Assembly: GCA_045863295.1 (NCBI GenBank)
Contig: BTWA01000023.1
Coordinates: forward strand, 35,519 to 99,518
Length of the DNA: 64,000 bases
Source of the DNA: Candidatus Hydrogenedentota bacterium
Lineage (GTDB): Bacteria; Hydrogenedentota; Hydrogenedentia; Hydrogenedentales; SLHB01
Direction: 5' to 3'
Part shown: in pieces, positions 10,823-21,915 of the stretch
Layout: each line of letters opens with the position of its first letter
Numbering within the stretch: the first letter of the stretch is position 1
Program-made: the position numbers and the translations under genes
The notes under the pieces: generated by a model
Told to the model about the DNA's origin: nothing
Database searches by the model: none
Seen by the model: the letters and a program-made list of their open reading frames with translations, nothing else

Positions 10823-11130
10823 CCCTACGTCGCCAAGGCTACATAGGGCATGAAGCTCGTTCACACAATAGACCGGCTCTTCTGCGCTCCCTTCTTCGCT
10901 GAAGCTACGAAGGGCGGGAATGCTATGAAGAGCACCACCATTCGGCTTACTCGCTACGCTCGAGCAAATCTAGCCTTCATCCTGCAAGAATTACCGGTTT
11001 GCCATCCGAAGCTCGTTCATACCAGCGACTGGCCCTTCTTCGCTCCCTTCTTCGCTTAAGCTACGAAGGGTGGGAAAGCTACGAAGGGCACCATCCTTCG
11101 CTTAACTCGCTACGCTCGAGCGAAGGATGG
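10823..11130. repeat. One single REP-like palindrome plus two ~114-bp direct repeats of nested palindromes
   Basis: Single unit 10823-10849; direct repeats 10852-10965 and 11008-11121, each with an inner cccttcttcgct..agctacgaaggg inside an outer copy. Confidence 0.85.
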
Positions 11131-11301
11131 TGGAGGCGGCCGCAATTGAGGCCTGTGGAGACTAGTTTTGCAGGTCATTGCACGCCTGCTATCTACAGTG
11201 CACCCAGTGATTCAACACGAATTGGGTTGGCCTCAGCTTTTATTACAATTTATCCGCAATTGCGCACGATTTTGCAGAAAATTACTCCCGTTTTGCTACC
11301 C
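11128..11301 (-). repeat. att-like repeat 1 (degenerate): tmRNA 3'-end core plus element arm
   Basis: tggtggaggcggc core, then diverged homology to 37902 and 57992, ending attactcccgttttgctaccc. Confidence 0.8.
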
Positions 11302-11595
11302 TGAAAGCAAGCGCTGACTGACGCGCAAAAGGCTTCCTCGCGAATTCTGATCCATGCAAACACGTTGACCCAAGCAATGTCCCGTTGGAACTTGGCCGGG
11401 TGGGGTAACGAGCACTCAGATTCAAGCCCCGTCCATTCCGTGCCCTAAGCGATGATCGCGAGTATCAGTAAACCAGGCGGCGCGCGCGACCTACTCGTTC
11501 TCTTCTCCCGATCCAGTTTCCGCGGGTTTCAAACAAAGGAGATTTGCCAACTGACCTGAATCCACTGTGGCGGCAATTGGATTTGTATGTTCAGA

Positions 11596-13053
11596 TCACT
11601 TCCCTTCCGCCGCCCAAGCCTTCATTTGGGCGATGTTCTCCTGGAAAATCCGGGTGCGTTCCGGTTCCCCTTTTCGTGATTCGAGGTAAAGCGCCATATC
11701 GGCGTCGTAGACTGCTTCGGCTTCCGGCGTTTGGCCCTTGTCACCCGTCGCTCGGATCCATGTATCGAGGATGCCGCGCATCTCGACAAGCGTTTCCACA
11801 TAGGCGGAATTATCGGCGAGATTATTCAGTTCCCAAGGGTCAGTCTTTCGGTCGTACAGCTCCTCCTTGGGCCGAGGTGTGACGAACATGCTCTCCGCCG
11901 GATGGCCTGCCAGCTTGCCCTGCGCATACAACTCGCGCAGGCGGATCAAGGTCTCCTTGTCATCCTTGTAGGCGTTTGGCTGGAGGTGGGGTCGGTGGGT
12001 ATAGAAATTCCGGATGTAGGTGTAGCGGCCTTTTCGGACGCTACGGAGGCGTTCCACCGTCTCGTCACATCTATCGCGCGCCGAGATCACGTAATCCCGG
12101 GGCCGGGCCTCCGGCCCGAAAAGTGGCCGGCTTTCCAAGTGCTTGGGGATCGGTATGCCGGCAAAATGCATGGACGTGGCGGCCATGTCGATGTGAGCCA
12201 CCAAATCATGGCGCGTCGTCCCGCCGGGGACGCGACCGGGAGCCCAGACAATGAAGGGGATTCGCACACCCTCTTCATAAACGAATTGCTTGCCCCGTGC
12301 GTGGGTGACACCGTGGTCGGTGATGAAGAGGACCACAGTGTTTTCCGCCAACCCCTCCATCTCCAAACGGGCCATAATCTCACCCACTTCTCGATCGACG
12401 TTCAGGACGGAATTCAGGTACCGTGCCCAATCCTCCCGCATGACCGGATCGTCCGGATAATATGGCGGCAACGTAACCGTCTCCGGGGAGACTGGATTCT
12501 CCACAATCGCCCCGCGCCTCTTGCCACCGCGCAACTGGAACTGCATGAAGAAGGGCTGGTCCGGGTCACGTCCCGACCAATTGCTCCCGTCGTAGAGGTC
12601 GTCCGGGTAGTTGAAGTTGTAATCCGTCTTGCCCGGTTCGTCAGCGTCCGGCCCGGCGCCATTGCAGACATAATAACCGGCCTCTTTAAAGTACTCGGGA
12701 ATCGTGCGCACGGGGGCGGGAAGGTCGTGCTTGATCTCCCCGCGGAAGCTTCGGTGGTTGTGCGCGCCGATGGTCGTCTGGTACATGCCAGTAATCAGGG
12801 CCGACCGGCACGGCGAGCACACCGGACAGGTCACGTAGGCCGAGTCAAAAACCACCCCTTCCCGGGCCAATCGATCCACGTTTGGCGTCTTTATGGTGGT
12901 TTCGCCCTGGTAGCTGAAATGGCAGGACATGTCTTCCGCCACGATCCAGACGATGTTCGGGCGCTGTTGTTCCGCGGCCGCCCCGCCGGTCGTGCTGCTG
13001 AACAGAGACAATGCCCCCGCGCCGCTCGCTTTCAGGAATGATCTTCTACGCAT
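11596..13053 (-). CDS. Tat-exported sulfatase
   Basis: MRRRSFLK start, [15 protein letters not shown]. Confidence 0.9.
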   Translation of the reverse strand: MRRRSFLKASGAGALSLFSSTTGGAAAEQQRPNIVWIVAEDMSCHFSYQGETTIKTPNVDRLAREGVVFDSAYVTCPVCSPCRSALITGMYQTTIGAHNHRSFRGEIKHDLPAPVRTIPEYFKEAGYYVCNGAGPDADEPGKTDYNFNYPDDLYDGSNWSGRDPDQPFFMQFQLRGGKRRGAIVENPVSPETVTLPPYYPDDPVMREDWARYLNSVLNVDREVGEIMARLEMEGLAENTVVLFITDHGVTHARGKQFVYEEGVRIPFIVWAPGRVPGGTTRHDLVAHIDMAATSMHFAGIPIPKHLESRPLFGPEARPRDYVISARDRCDETVERLRSVRKGRYTYIRNFYTHRPHLQPNAYKDDKETLIRLRELYAQGKLAGHPAESMFVTPRPKEELYDRKTDPWELNNLADNSAYVETLVEMRGILDTWIRATGDKGQTPEAEAVYDADMALYLESRKGEPERTRIFQENIAQMKAWAAEGK

Positions 13054-13082
13054 GGTCCTTTGTTTCTCCTTGGGAACTTGCG

Positions 13083-14519
13083 TCACGCTTGCTGCCAGTG
13101 AGACTTCCATTGCTCCACGAGAGCCGTTGCGGTTTGGTCCCCTGCCTTCGTCGCCCACACCGTCATTCGGGCTGCCAGGTCGCGTGCCGCTGCAATCGTT
13201 TCAGATTTTCCAAACACGTTGTGTGTATCGGGATCCGGACTCTGACGGTCGTAGAGTTCTGGCGGCCGTGTTGTATTCAGGATCAATTTCCATTCTTTGG
13301 TGACGACGCACCGCTCTCGCATGTCTGGGTCTTTTCCCTGCGGTTGTTTCTCACCTGAGCCTGTTTTGCCCGAGCCGGTATAGGGTAGGTTCTGGATGAG
13401 AGCGTCATCCCGCCATTGAGAGGCGTTCCCGGACAACAACGATTTCATCGTCTCTCCGTGGAGGCCGTCTGGGGGATTGATTCCGCATACGTCCAGAATG
13501 GTCGGACACAAATCGGCGATGCTGACCACGCTGTCTATGCGAACCCCCTCCGGGAGCGTCCCGGGCATGCTCATGAGGAGTGGCACATTAGCCGACTGAT
13601 CATAGCAGAGCCGCTTGTAGTGATCGTTCCAGCGAAAAGGGAAATTCTCGCCGTGATCCGACGTAAATACAACCAGGGTATTCTCGCGCAATTCCAATTC
13701 GTCAAGGAGCGCGAGGAGCCTTCCGATATTCCAGTCCAATCGGTTCACCATAGCGTGATAAACCGCTTGATCATCCGGCTCAATTACACCTCGGTAGATC
13801 GCGATGTTCTCTTCGGGAGCGTCTTTGGTGGTATGGGGGGGATAGAAAGAAAGCCAGCAAGCGAATTTGCGCTCTTTGTTCTTACGAATGAAGTCCAGGG
13901 CGTAATCGGTCTCCACATCGGGGCGGTACTTCCCGACGACGCTTTCCACTTCATTGGTCACGGTCGGATTGCCGGCGATTCGTTCCCTGAACTTGCTGTC
14001 CATCTCACCAGGCGCCGCGAAGAGGGGCTCTTCTTCAATCCAATGCGGCCAACCCGTGTGATACCCGCGCCACAGGTCAAAATAATCAGGGACCGGCTCG
14101 ACTCCCAAATGCCACTTGCCGATGTAGGCCGTCCTATATCCAGACTCACGCAGTGCGCGCGGCCACGCGAACAAGCCGGGCGGCAGCGGAATGTTGTTTT
14201 CCACCACAGTGGTCGCATTTGGGAACAGTCCGGTCACCATGCTGGATCGGCAAGGGGAACATACCGGCTGGGTCACGTAGCACGAGGTGAAGAGCGCACC
14301 CCGTTTGGCCAGCGCATCCAAGTGTGGTGTCTGAACGCGATTGTTGCCATAGCAGCCGAGCGTATCCGTTCTCTGCTGGTCCGTGTTGATAAACACTACA
14401 TTGGGCGCGGTGTCCGGCGTCTCGGGCTTTTCAAGTGCCTCTGCCTGCCGGCAAGATAGGCCCAGCAAAGTCGCGGTTGTTGACCCCAAGAAATAGCGCC
14501 TGTTCAATTGAACATCCAT
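13083..14519 (-). CDS. Tat-exported sulfatase
   Basis: NRRYFLG, DQQR, CSPCRSS..TG, GKWHLG, SDHG. Confidence 0.9.
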   Translation of the reverse strand: MDVQLNRRYFLGSTTATLLGLSCRQAEALEKPETPDTAPNVVFINTDQQRTDTLGCYGNNRVQTPHLDALAKRGALFTSCYVTQPVCSPCRSSMVTGLFPNATTVVENNIPLPPGLFAWPRALRESGYRTAYIGKWHLGVEPVPDYFDLWRGYHTGWPHWIEEEPLFAAPGEMDSKFRERIAGNPTVTNEVESVVGKYRPDVETDYALDFIRKNKERKFACWLSFYPPHTTKDAPEENIAIYRGVIEPDDQAVYHAMVNRLDWNIGRLLALLDELELRENTLVVFTSDHGENFPFRWNDHYKRLCYDQSANVPLLMSMPGTLPEGVRIDSVVSIADLCPTILDVCGINPPDGLHGETMKSLLSGNASQWRDDALIQNLPYTGSGKTGSGEKQPQGKDPDMRERCVVTKEWKLILNTTRPPELYDRQSPDPDTHNVFGKSETIAAARDLAARMTVWATKAGDQTATALVEQWKSHWQQA

Positions 14520-14725
14520 TGCTTCAATCCCTCCAAGCCCAATATTATCTATTCGCCCCTTAGCATGCATTTATTGCTCGAAAGTGCGTTGGACCAGCGG
14601 AAGACCGGCTGGTCTGATACGCGAAATGGTCTCGTCTGAGCATAGGAAAAGTGATGAGCATGCGAGGCATGAAAAACAATATCGCTTTGTCTTGCGCACG
14701 CAAAGCCATAACAAGGATAAACGAA

Positions 14726-16138
14726 ATGACGAACAAAGCTCTAACGCGTAGGGATTTCCTGGGGCTGTCCGCAGCGGCGGCCAATTTGGCCATTCCAACG
14801 CTTTATGGAGATGCCTCCGCCGGCTCAACAGGTGCGATTCAAAAACCAAATATCATATTCATCATGGCGGACGATTTGGGCTATGCGGATCTGGGCTGTT
14901 ATGGTCAGCCCAAAATAAAGACGCCGCATATCGACCGCCTGGCAGCCGAGGGGATGCGGTTCACGCATTGTTACGCGGGGGCGTCCGTGTGCGCGCCGAG
15001 CCGATCCGTGTTAATGACTGGTTTGCATGGCGGCCATACGACGGTACGCGACAATCATGGCGTAAACGCGCCCACACACGATGGGGAAGAGGGCCGGATC
15101 CCTCTGAAAGAGGACGATGTGACCGTGGCCGAGGTGCTTAAAGAGGCAGGGTATGCCACGGGCATCACGGGCAAGTGGGGCCTGGGCGAGCCTGGCTCTA
15201 CGGGCGTTCCAAATGATCAAGGATTTGATGAATGGTTCGGCTACCTGAATCAGTCTCATGCGGCCGACTATTTCACTGACCACCTCTGGCGAAACAAGAA
15301 CCTTCAAACCATTGAAGCAAACGAAGACGGGCGGCGCGGCGCTTATTCCTGCGATCTTTTTTCCGAATTCAGCCTGGACTTCATCCGAAAGAACCAGGCG
15401 AATCCATTCTTCTTGTATGTGGCCACTACCATTCCCCACAAGAAGCTCGAGGTTCCGGACTTGGAAATCTACACGGAGAAGCCCTGGCCCGATGAAGCGA
15501 AGGTATTTGCGGCGATGGTCACCCGGATGGACACTCATGTGGGGCAGATCATGGACTTGCTCAAGGAACTCGGCCTCGACGAGAAAACGATTGTCTTCTT
15601 CACCTCCGACAACGGTTCGGCCGAGGGCTGGGAGGGGATGTTCGATAGTAGCGGCCCGCTGCGCGATAAGAAGTTCTCCCTCTACGAAGGAGGCATCCGC
15701 TGCCCCATGATTGCACGATGGCCCGGACGGATCCCCGCCGGCGAGGTGAGCGATGCTGTATGGCACTTCGCGGATATCCTGCCGACCGCCGCCACTCTCG
15801 CGGGCGCCCGCGTGCCGAACCGCGTGGACGGCACTAACGTGGCGCCCATTCTCCTTGGCGAAACGGATTCGTTACCCAATAGATTCCTTTACTGGGAAAA
15901 GCATCGCGACGAACCTGTGCGGCTGGAACAGGCCGTACGCTGGGGCGATTGGAAGGGCATCCGGCTCGGCCTCGACAAGCCTCTGGAATTGTACAATCTG
16001 AAAGATGACATTGCTGAAGAGAACGATGTGTCGTCAAGGCATCCCGATATCGTGTCACATATCGAAAGCTACCTCAATACGGCCCGGACGCCGTCACCGT
16101 ATTGGCCTGTGCCGAACGAAACGAAGGAACATCCATGA
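14726..16138 (+). CDS. Tat-exported arylsulfatase
   Basis: TRRDFLG, ADDLGY, CAPSRSVLMTG, SDNG. Confidence 0.9.
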   Translation: MTNKALTRRDFLGLSAAAANLAIPTLYGDASAGSTGAIQKPNIIFIMADDLGYADLGCYGQPKIKTPHIDRLAAEGMRFTHCYAGASVCAPSRSVLMTGLHGGHTTVRDNHGVNAPTHDGEEGRIPLKEDDVTVAEVLKEAGYATGITGKWGLGEPGSTGVPNDQGFDEWFGYLNQSHAADYFTDHLWRNKNLQTIEANEDGRRGAYSCDLFSEFSLDFIRKNQANPFFLYVATTIPHKKLEVPDLEIYTEKPWPDEAKVFAAMVTRMDTHVGQIMDLLKELGLDEKTIVFFTSDNGSAEGWEGMFDSSGPLRDKKFSLYEGGIRCPMIARWPGRIPAGEVSDAVWHFADILPTAATLAGARVPNRVDGTNVAPILLGETDSLPNRFLYWEKHRDEPVRLEQAVRWGDWKGIRLGLDKPLELYNLKDDIAEENDVSSRHPDIVSHIESYLNTARTPSPYWPVPNETKEHP

Positions 16139-16350
16139 CGAACAACATGCGCAATTTCGTCTTCTTCTTCGGAGAGAATTTGGGCAGGTAAACGTTGCGG
16201 TTCACGAGATTTTCAGGCGTGAAAACACCCCAAGCTGAATAGAGGCTGCGTTACCGAACGAGGTATGCCATTCCGTCGTTGGGTGTAGAAATTATTGCAT
16301 AGAGCCAATCATCGCTTTTGGTGCACTCCACACCGCCGCCCTTCGCGATT

Positions 16351-17850
16351 TCATTCCGTGTCGAGGTCGGGATTTCGGACATCATCCAGCGCAATGGGAA
16401 CACGCTGATTGACACTGCGCGGGACCACGCGGAAACTGCGAACAACAAGACCGTCAACATGGCGCGCAAAAAGGGCGTACGCTGGCAAATCGCCAAAGTT
16501 GTTGAATTCGGGATAGCCGTCTTCAAGTTCAGGAATGGGCGATTGGATGTTGAGAACTTCCGGAGCTTCCCGGTAAGAGACATCAAAGTTCTCAAGACGC
16601 ACATTACGGATAAGAAGGCCGGGAATGCCGCTTACGATTGCAGGCGACTCCACGTTGTAGGCGGTAACATCCGATACAGTGATGTCTTCCAACTTGCCCA
16701 TTCTGTTTTTGGTGTCCCATCGGTTGCGATTTCCCAGGCGTATGAACAGGGGTGTCATGACGTTTCGGGCTTTGATTCCTTTGACAGTCACCTTGCTCAC
16801 GTGCGCGCCGTCGACACTCTCGATGGCTACGGCAGACAGCGACCAAGGCCAGACTTCCTCCGTGAAGAGTTCGCAGTCGGAGATATGAACATTGGAAATG
16901 TCTGCCCACGTTTCAGTGCCTATCTTTATGCCGTTTGCGGCACTTCGGATCGCACAATCACGCACCTGGACGTTTTCCATAGGCCGGCTCTTATCTCCAT
17001 TGAAACCGTTCTTGAGCACGATGCCATCGTCGCCTGTCGAAATGAAACAGTGGGAAACCAGCACGTTACTTGAAGCAACGATGTCAATGCCGTCCGTATT
17101 CTCGCCGTGGTAATTGTTGTTGATCACCACGTTTTCTACGTTGACCCGGTCGCACAAATGCAGCAAGAGCGTCCAACCAGGGGAGTTTTCGATAATCAAG
17201 TTATCCAGGCGAATATCCGCCGATTCCTGAAACCGGATCAATGGCGATATACGGTACTCCTTCTTCTTGCGTTTGGCATGGCCGTGCATACGCATCGTTT
17301 CGCTCAGATTGAAGGGCTCAGGCGGCGTCACAGGGGGGTGGGCGCGAGGGGGCTGCCACCAGCTGTGGCCATCCCCCGCAATCCTTCCGGGGCCCTTAAT
17401 TCGGACGTTGTGGGAGTCCTCGCAATAGATGAAATGCATTGGATCGTAATGCGCGCGGTCCTGGCTGGCTCTTAAAACGGCATTTTTCGCAATGTGCAGC
17501 GTGACATTACTCTTAAGGAGAACGGTGCCGCTGACAAAATCTCCCCCCGCAACGCTGACCGTGCCTCCCCCGGCGCGGTGCGCTGCAAGAATCGCATCAT
17601 TGATAGCTGTCGTATTGATGGACTTGCCATCACCGACCGCGCCAAAATCTCTAATGTCGTATACTTTGTCATGCAACGTATCGTCATCAAAGTCAATATA
17701 CAAATCGTAGGGAACATGGCTCAGAAACTCGCCGGGGGACGGGGTGAAAGGGGGCGTGACCTGGGCGTTGCTTTCTCGCCAAACGGAAATTGCAAGAAGA
17801 CATAGCATGGTAGCCATACAACGCCTCTGTATGAGAATAAGGCTTTGCAT
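16351..17850 (-). CDS. Secreted glycoside hydrolase family 28 (polygalacturonase-like)
   Basis: FGAVGDG, NTDGID, GDDGIVLK, GIKIGTE; signal peptide. Confidence 0.88.
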   Translation of the reverse strand: MQSLILIQRRCMATMLCLLAISVWRESNAQVTPPFTPSPGEFLSHVPYDLYIDFDDDTLHDKVYDIRDFGAVGDGKSINTTAINDAILAAHRAGGGTVSVAGGDFVSGTVLLKSNVTLHIAKNAVLRASQDRAHYDPMHFIYCEDSHNVRIKGPGRIAGDGHSWWQPPRAHPPVTPPEPFNLSETMRMHGHAKRKKKEYRISPLIRFQESADIRLDNLIIENSPGWTLLLHLCDRVNVENVVINNNYHGENTDGIDIVASSNVLVSHCFISTGDDGIVLKNGFNGDKSRPMENVQVRDCAIRSAANGIKIGTETWADISNVHISDCELFTEEVWPWSLSAVAIESVDGAHVSKVTVKGIKARNVMTPLFIRLGNRNRWDTKNRMGKLEDITVSDVTAYNVESPAIVSGIPGLLIRNVRLENFDVSYREAPEVLNIQSPIPELEDGYPEFNNFGDLPAYALFARHVDGLVVRSFRVVPRSVNQRVPIALDDVRNPDLDTE

Positions 17851-18109
17851 TGATATACCTTTCGAGAATTGTCCCCACTAGGATTTTTCGTACTCACTTC
17901 GCGGTCACGTTGGTCAATAATACATCGCTAAAGGCGGTCGATACATTATCGCGCCGTCGACAGAGGGTCTCGAAGTGGTTTAACACGGCCTAGAACAGAT
18001 CTTCGGCAATCCAAGCCGCCGGCCTCTTGTTTGCGTTTTTGGTCGCATTGTTGGTGGCAGGGTAGCGCAAATAGCGCTGAGCTGGGTTCGGTATACACAG
18101 ACGCCGCCG

Positions 18110-18330
18110 CCTACACTGCTCAATCCAACGCCAAGGGTTTAACAGGGCGGACAGAATGCGTCAGGGCCTCTCCCAGTTCGATGCCCACTACTCCAGGGAG
18201 CGCAATCATCAAGGTCTCGGAAATCGTCTCACTACACCGGGCGAGGAACTCGGCTGCACCGAAGGTCAAATCGCTTGCCGTAATCTCATCAGCGGTAGGC
18301 TCCGCTACTACTACCCGCAGGCACCATGCT
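18110..18330 (+). pseudogene. Remnant of an IS integrase-core (rve-type) transposase C-terminus; boundaries approximate
   Basis: HYSRERNHQGLGNRL...CRNLISGRLRYYY resembles the HY..ER.HQGLGN...R.RLGGLL.YY tail of this family. Confidence 0.7.
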
Positions 18331-18635
18331 CGCCCCTCCTCGCGCTTTCTGTTTCATAAGCGAACGATGCCTACGCCATGCGTCCAATGGCAGCGGCGCA
18401 AACGCACCAAATCACGATCGAGTAACAAGCCAACAATCGGCCTTAGGCGGTCCGTCTCACAAGGCTGTGATCATCGACTGAAATTACTTGCCATACATCT
18501 TGCTCAAACCACTCCAGAACGCGTACATTATTCTCTGCGGACGCTACACCTTTACACCCCCCCGCGTCACTTTTGGGCCGCTATTAACAGATTGACATCT
18601 CGTCGACGGGGTGCAACAACCAGAGGTCTCAGCCA

Positions 18636-20270
18636 GTGCATAAATCCTCAGCGCTCTCAAGAAGGCAATTCGTTGCGCTGGGCGCGGGACTCGCGGCGGG
18701 CGCCGTAACTACGGGCGCGAAAGAGCCTTCCCCACTGAAAACAGCCGACGTGTGCGTGTACGGCGCAACGGCAAGCGGAATTATGGCGGCCCTCGCGGCA
18801 TCGCGGGAAGGTTGCACGGTCATCGTGGTAGAGCCCAGCCGCTGGCTCGGCGGCATGACTGGGGGCGGCATCAGCAAGATTGACTGGGGACGCGAGGAGG
18901 CTGTCGGGGGCACAGCGCGCACCATTCTCGAGCATCAATACAACAACGCCCAGTACCGCGACGCATTTCAGGCGCTTGTGGCGGAGCACGGCATAGAGGT
19001 TGTCTTCGAGCACCGTCTCAATTCCGTTCGCCGCGACGGCGCGCGCATTACACAAATCACGTTCGATTATGCGCCTCCCGATAAGCTCGGCTGTCCCCCG
19101 CCGCTGCCGAAAGAACGCGAATCCGCTGTGGTGCAGGCATCCGTATTTATTGACTGCTCCTACGAAGGCGACGTGATGGCGGCGAGCGGGGTCGACTACA
19201 CATACGGGCGCGAGTCAGTTGAACAATATGGCGAATCCCTGGCGGGCGTGCGGCCGAATCTGTGGGTATACGACATCGATCCCTATGTGCGGCCGGGCGA
19301 GCCCGCGAGCGGCCTGCTGCCCTGTATTCAGGATCGCGAAATGCCCCCCCTTGGCGCCGCCGACAAACTCACCATGGGCTACTGCTTTCGCTACAAGCTT
19401 GACCTTTCAGGCAAAGGCTTGCCCATCGAGCCCACGGATACCTATGACCCTGCTCAGTTCGAGGTCTATCGCAGGGGGCTTGCGCAGGGCATGGATCTGC
19501 AGCGCTCGCGCAAGATGCCGCGCCTCGGCGAGATTGTCGAGGGCAATGGCCATGTCTACAGGGAGGGGCAGGGGAACACGTATCGGGCCTTGTTGACGAC
19601 TACGGTTTTCGGTAGCAATGCCGAGTATCCCGACGGGAATTGGGAGACGCGCGCGCGAATCTGGAAGTTTCACCAGGACTTCTTCCGGAACCTCACCCAA
19701 TTCCTGCGAACCGATCCAGTCGTGCCTGAAGCGCTGAAAGAGCTGGCTTTGCGCGCGTCGTTTCAACGCGGCATCTTCGACGATACGCAGGGCTGGCCGC
19801 ATCAGCTGTACGTGCGCGAGGCGCGGCGCATGGTTTCCGAATACGTTGTTGCGCAGAAGGACCTCGAAGGCAAAACCGACCCCGAGCGCTCAATCGGCCT
19901 GGCATCGTACGGCGTAGATGACTGGCCCTACGCAACCATCGCCGTCGACGGCAAGGTGGCCTTTAGCGGCGGCGAGTTTTCCATTCTCTATCTGGACGAG
20001 AAGCACAGGGGCATCTACAAGATTCCCTACGACGCGATCACGCCCCGGCGCGGTCAATGCGAAAACCTGCTTGTGCCTGTCTGCTGCTCCGCGAGCCATA
20101 TTGCGATGACTTCCCTGCGCATGGAACCGGTCTGGATGATTCTCGGTGAATCAGCGGGCGTGGCGGCGGCCCTTGCATCGCGCGAGCGCATGAGTGTGCA
20201 AGACGTTTCCTACAGCACGCTGCGCGAAAAGCTGCTCGCGCTGGGACAATGGCTCGAGCGTCCGGCGTAG
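18636..20270 (+). CDS. Tat-exported FAD-dependent oxidoreductase
   Basis: SRRQFV; VCVYGATASG, DCSYEGD, YVREARRM, SLRMEPVWM. Confidence 0.85.
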   Translation: MHKSSALSRRQFVALGAGLAAGAVTTGAKEPSPLKTADVCVYGATASGIMAALAASREGCTVIVVEPSRWLGGMTGGGISKIDWGREEAVGGTARTILEHQYNNAQYRDAFQALVAEHGIEVVFEHRLNSVRRDGARITQITFDYAPPDKLGCPPPLPKERESAVVQASVFIDCSYEGDVMAASGVDYTYGRESVEQYGESLAGVRPNLWVYDIDPYVRPGEPASGLLPCIQDREMPPLGAADKLTMGYCFRYKLDLSGKGLPIEPTDTYDPAQFEVYRRGLAQGMDLQRSRKMPRLGEIVEGNGHVYREGQGNTYRALLTTTVFGSNAEYPDGNWETRARIWKFHQDFFRNLTQFLRTDPVVPEALKELALRASFQRGIFDDTQGWPHQLYVREARRMVSEYVVAQKDLEGKTDPERSIGLASYGVDDWPYATIAVDGKVAFSGGEFSILYLDEKHRGIYKIPYDAITPRRGQCENLLVPVCCSASHIAMTSLRMEPVWMILGESAGVAAALASRERMSVQDVSYSTLREKLLALGQWLERPA

Positions 20271-20316
20271 AAAAGCAAGGATCCCATCCTGTGGCAGGAA
20301 ATTGAAAGGAGAAGCC

Positions 20317-21801
20317 GTGAGGAAAGTCCTCCTGCTGGCGACAACTGTGGCCGTGCTCGCTCTGCTTACGCAGCGTGCTCAAGCCCAGGCAAAAACAGGA
20401 ACAATTGAAGGGGACTTGCAGAGCAATCTTTCCCTTCTGAACCTTTTTGGAGAACAGCCGGAACCAGTACAGCAACTGTACTCGGCCGCGTACGCCGTGC
20501 TGGCTTCGAAACCACACGCGAACTTCGCGGACGTCGCGGGTGATCCGGAGGTCCGCCGCATTTGCGAAGAAAACGGCATCTTAAGCTTCGGCGGCCCCAT
20601 GCTTGGTTCGATTGCGCCGGACGGCGCAAAGATCTGGGTGCGGACCACAGCGCCGGCTAGGGTGGAGGTCCGGGTCATTGTAGATGGCGAGGAAAAGTCC
20701 TATGGACCCGTGATGTCATCGGATGAAACTGATTTGACGGCGGTTGTGCCCGTAACCGGCCTGGCGCCGGCCACCCGATACCCTTACGGCGTGCTGATTG
20801 ACGGTGCGCCCATCGACATTCCTGGGCACGCTGTCATCAGTACGGCCCCGGAGCCGTCCAAAACAGGCAAAGTACGGATCGCCTTCGGTAGCTGCTTTCA
20901 CCGTTGGGGATTGGGCAACAACGCCTTCGCCGACCGTATCCGCGGCCGCGATCCCGCCGCGCTGCTGCTGATGGGCGACATCGCCGTACAGGATAGAAAC
21001 AATCATCTCGGACTGCACCGGGCCGACTACCTGCTGCGGGATTTCCATCCGGCATGGCGGAGCCTCGTCGCCTCAGTCCCGGTGTACGCGACTTGGGACG
21101 ATCACGACTATTTCGACAACGACAAAGCCGGTATTCCTTCAGAATTCAGCGCAAAGGACCGGGACGACGTTCGCCGCGTGTTTGAGCAAGCCTGGAACAA
21201 CCCCACCTACGGATTCTCCGATGATCGGGGCGGCATCTTCCTCCGTACACGCATCGGCTCCTGCGATGTCATCATGCTCGACAACAGGTACTTCCGGACA
21301 GGGCAGAAGGGGTCCTTTCTGGGCGAGGAACAGATGCAATGGCTTGAAAAGCAACTGCTCGACTGCCAAGGCCCTTTTATCATACTGTCGTGCGGTACCA
21401 TGTGGAGCGACTATGTCTCCGGCGGCAAGGATTCCTGGGGGATTTGGGATCCGGACGGGCGCGAACGAATCTTCGGACTCATCGAGAAGAATCGCATTGG
21501 CGGAGTGTTGCTCATCTCCGGCGACCGGCATGGCGCGCGGGTTTTCACCATCCCGCGGCCTTCGGGCTACAAGTTTTATGAATTCGAGCCCGCAAGTCTG
21601 GGTGGCCGCGGCGACGGACCACCCGCTACCGATCCTGAGTGGAAGACACAACTCTCTGGTGTGATAGGCGAATATGCCTTTGGCGAGTTTACGCTTGATG
21701 CTACCGTCCCGGACCCCGTGGCCGTGTACCGGCTCGTCCGATATGACGGTGAGGTGCTCTATAGTATTGAACTTACCCGGAGCAAATTGACCCCTCCGTA
21801 G
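20317..21801 (+). CDS. PhoD-like alkaline phosphatase D family protein
   Basis: GTG start after aaggag; FGSC, MGD, WDDHD, LDNRYFR, SGDRH. Confidence 0.85.
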   Translation: MRKVLLLATTVAVLALLTQRAQAQAKTGTIEGDLQSNLSLLNLFGEQPEPVQQLYSAAYAVLASKPHANFADVAGDPEVRRICEENGILSFGGPMLGSIAPDGAKIWVRTTAPARVEVRVIVDGEEKSYGPVMSSDETDLTAVVPVTGLAPATRYPYGVLIDGAPIDIPGHAVISTAPEPSKTGKVRIAFGSCFHRWGLGNNAFADRIRGRDPAALLLMGDIAVQDRNNHLGLHRADYLLRDFHPAWRSLVASVPVYATWDDHDYFDNDKAGIPSEFSAKDRDDVRRVFEQAWNNPTYGFSDDRGGIFLRTRIGSCDVIMLDNRYFRTGQKGSFLGEEQMQWLEKQLLDCQGPFIILSCGTMWSDYVSGGKDSWGIWDPDGRERIFGLIEKNRIGGVLLISGDRHGARVFTIPRPSGYKFYEFEPASLGGRGDGPPATDPEWKTQLSGVIGEYAFGEFTLDATVPDPVAVYRLVRYDGEVLYSIELTRSKLTPP

Positions 21802-21915
21802 AGGGGGACCTGGCAAGGGCTGGATTCGAACCCGCGAAGTTCGGTACTTGCACAGCAAGGTCGAAAGCTATGAAGCAAGTACCTATCCGCGAATATATCA
21901 CCGGTCCGACGGTGG

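Noticed and set aside
10489..11130. CRISPR array
   Set aside because: Repeats are nested, inverted and irregularly spaced, with no unique equal-length spacers and no cas genes.
21811..21835. tRNA 3'-end-like fragment (minus strand GCGGGTTCGAATCCAGCCCTTGCCA)
   Set aside because: The T-stem is mismatched, there is no second copy and no remaining cloverleaf; too weak to call an att site.
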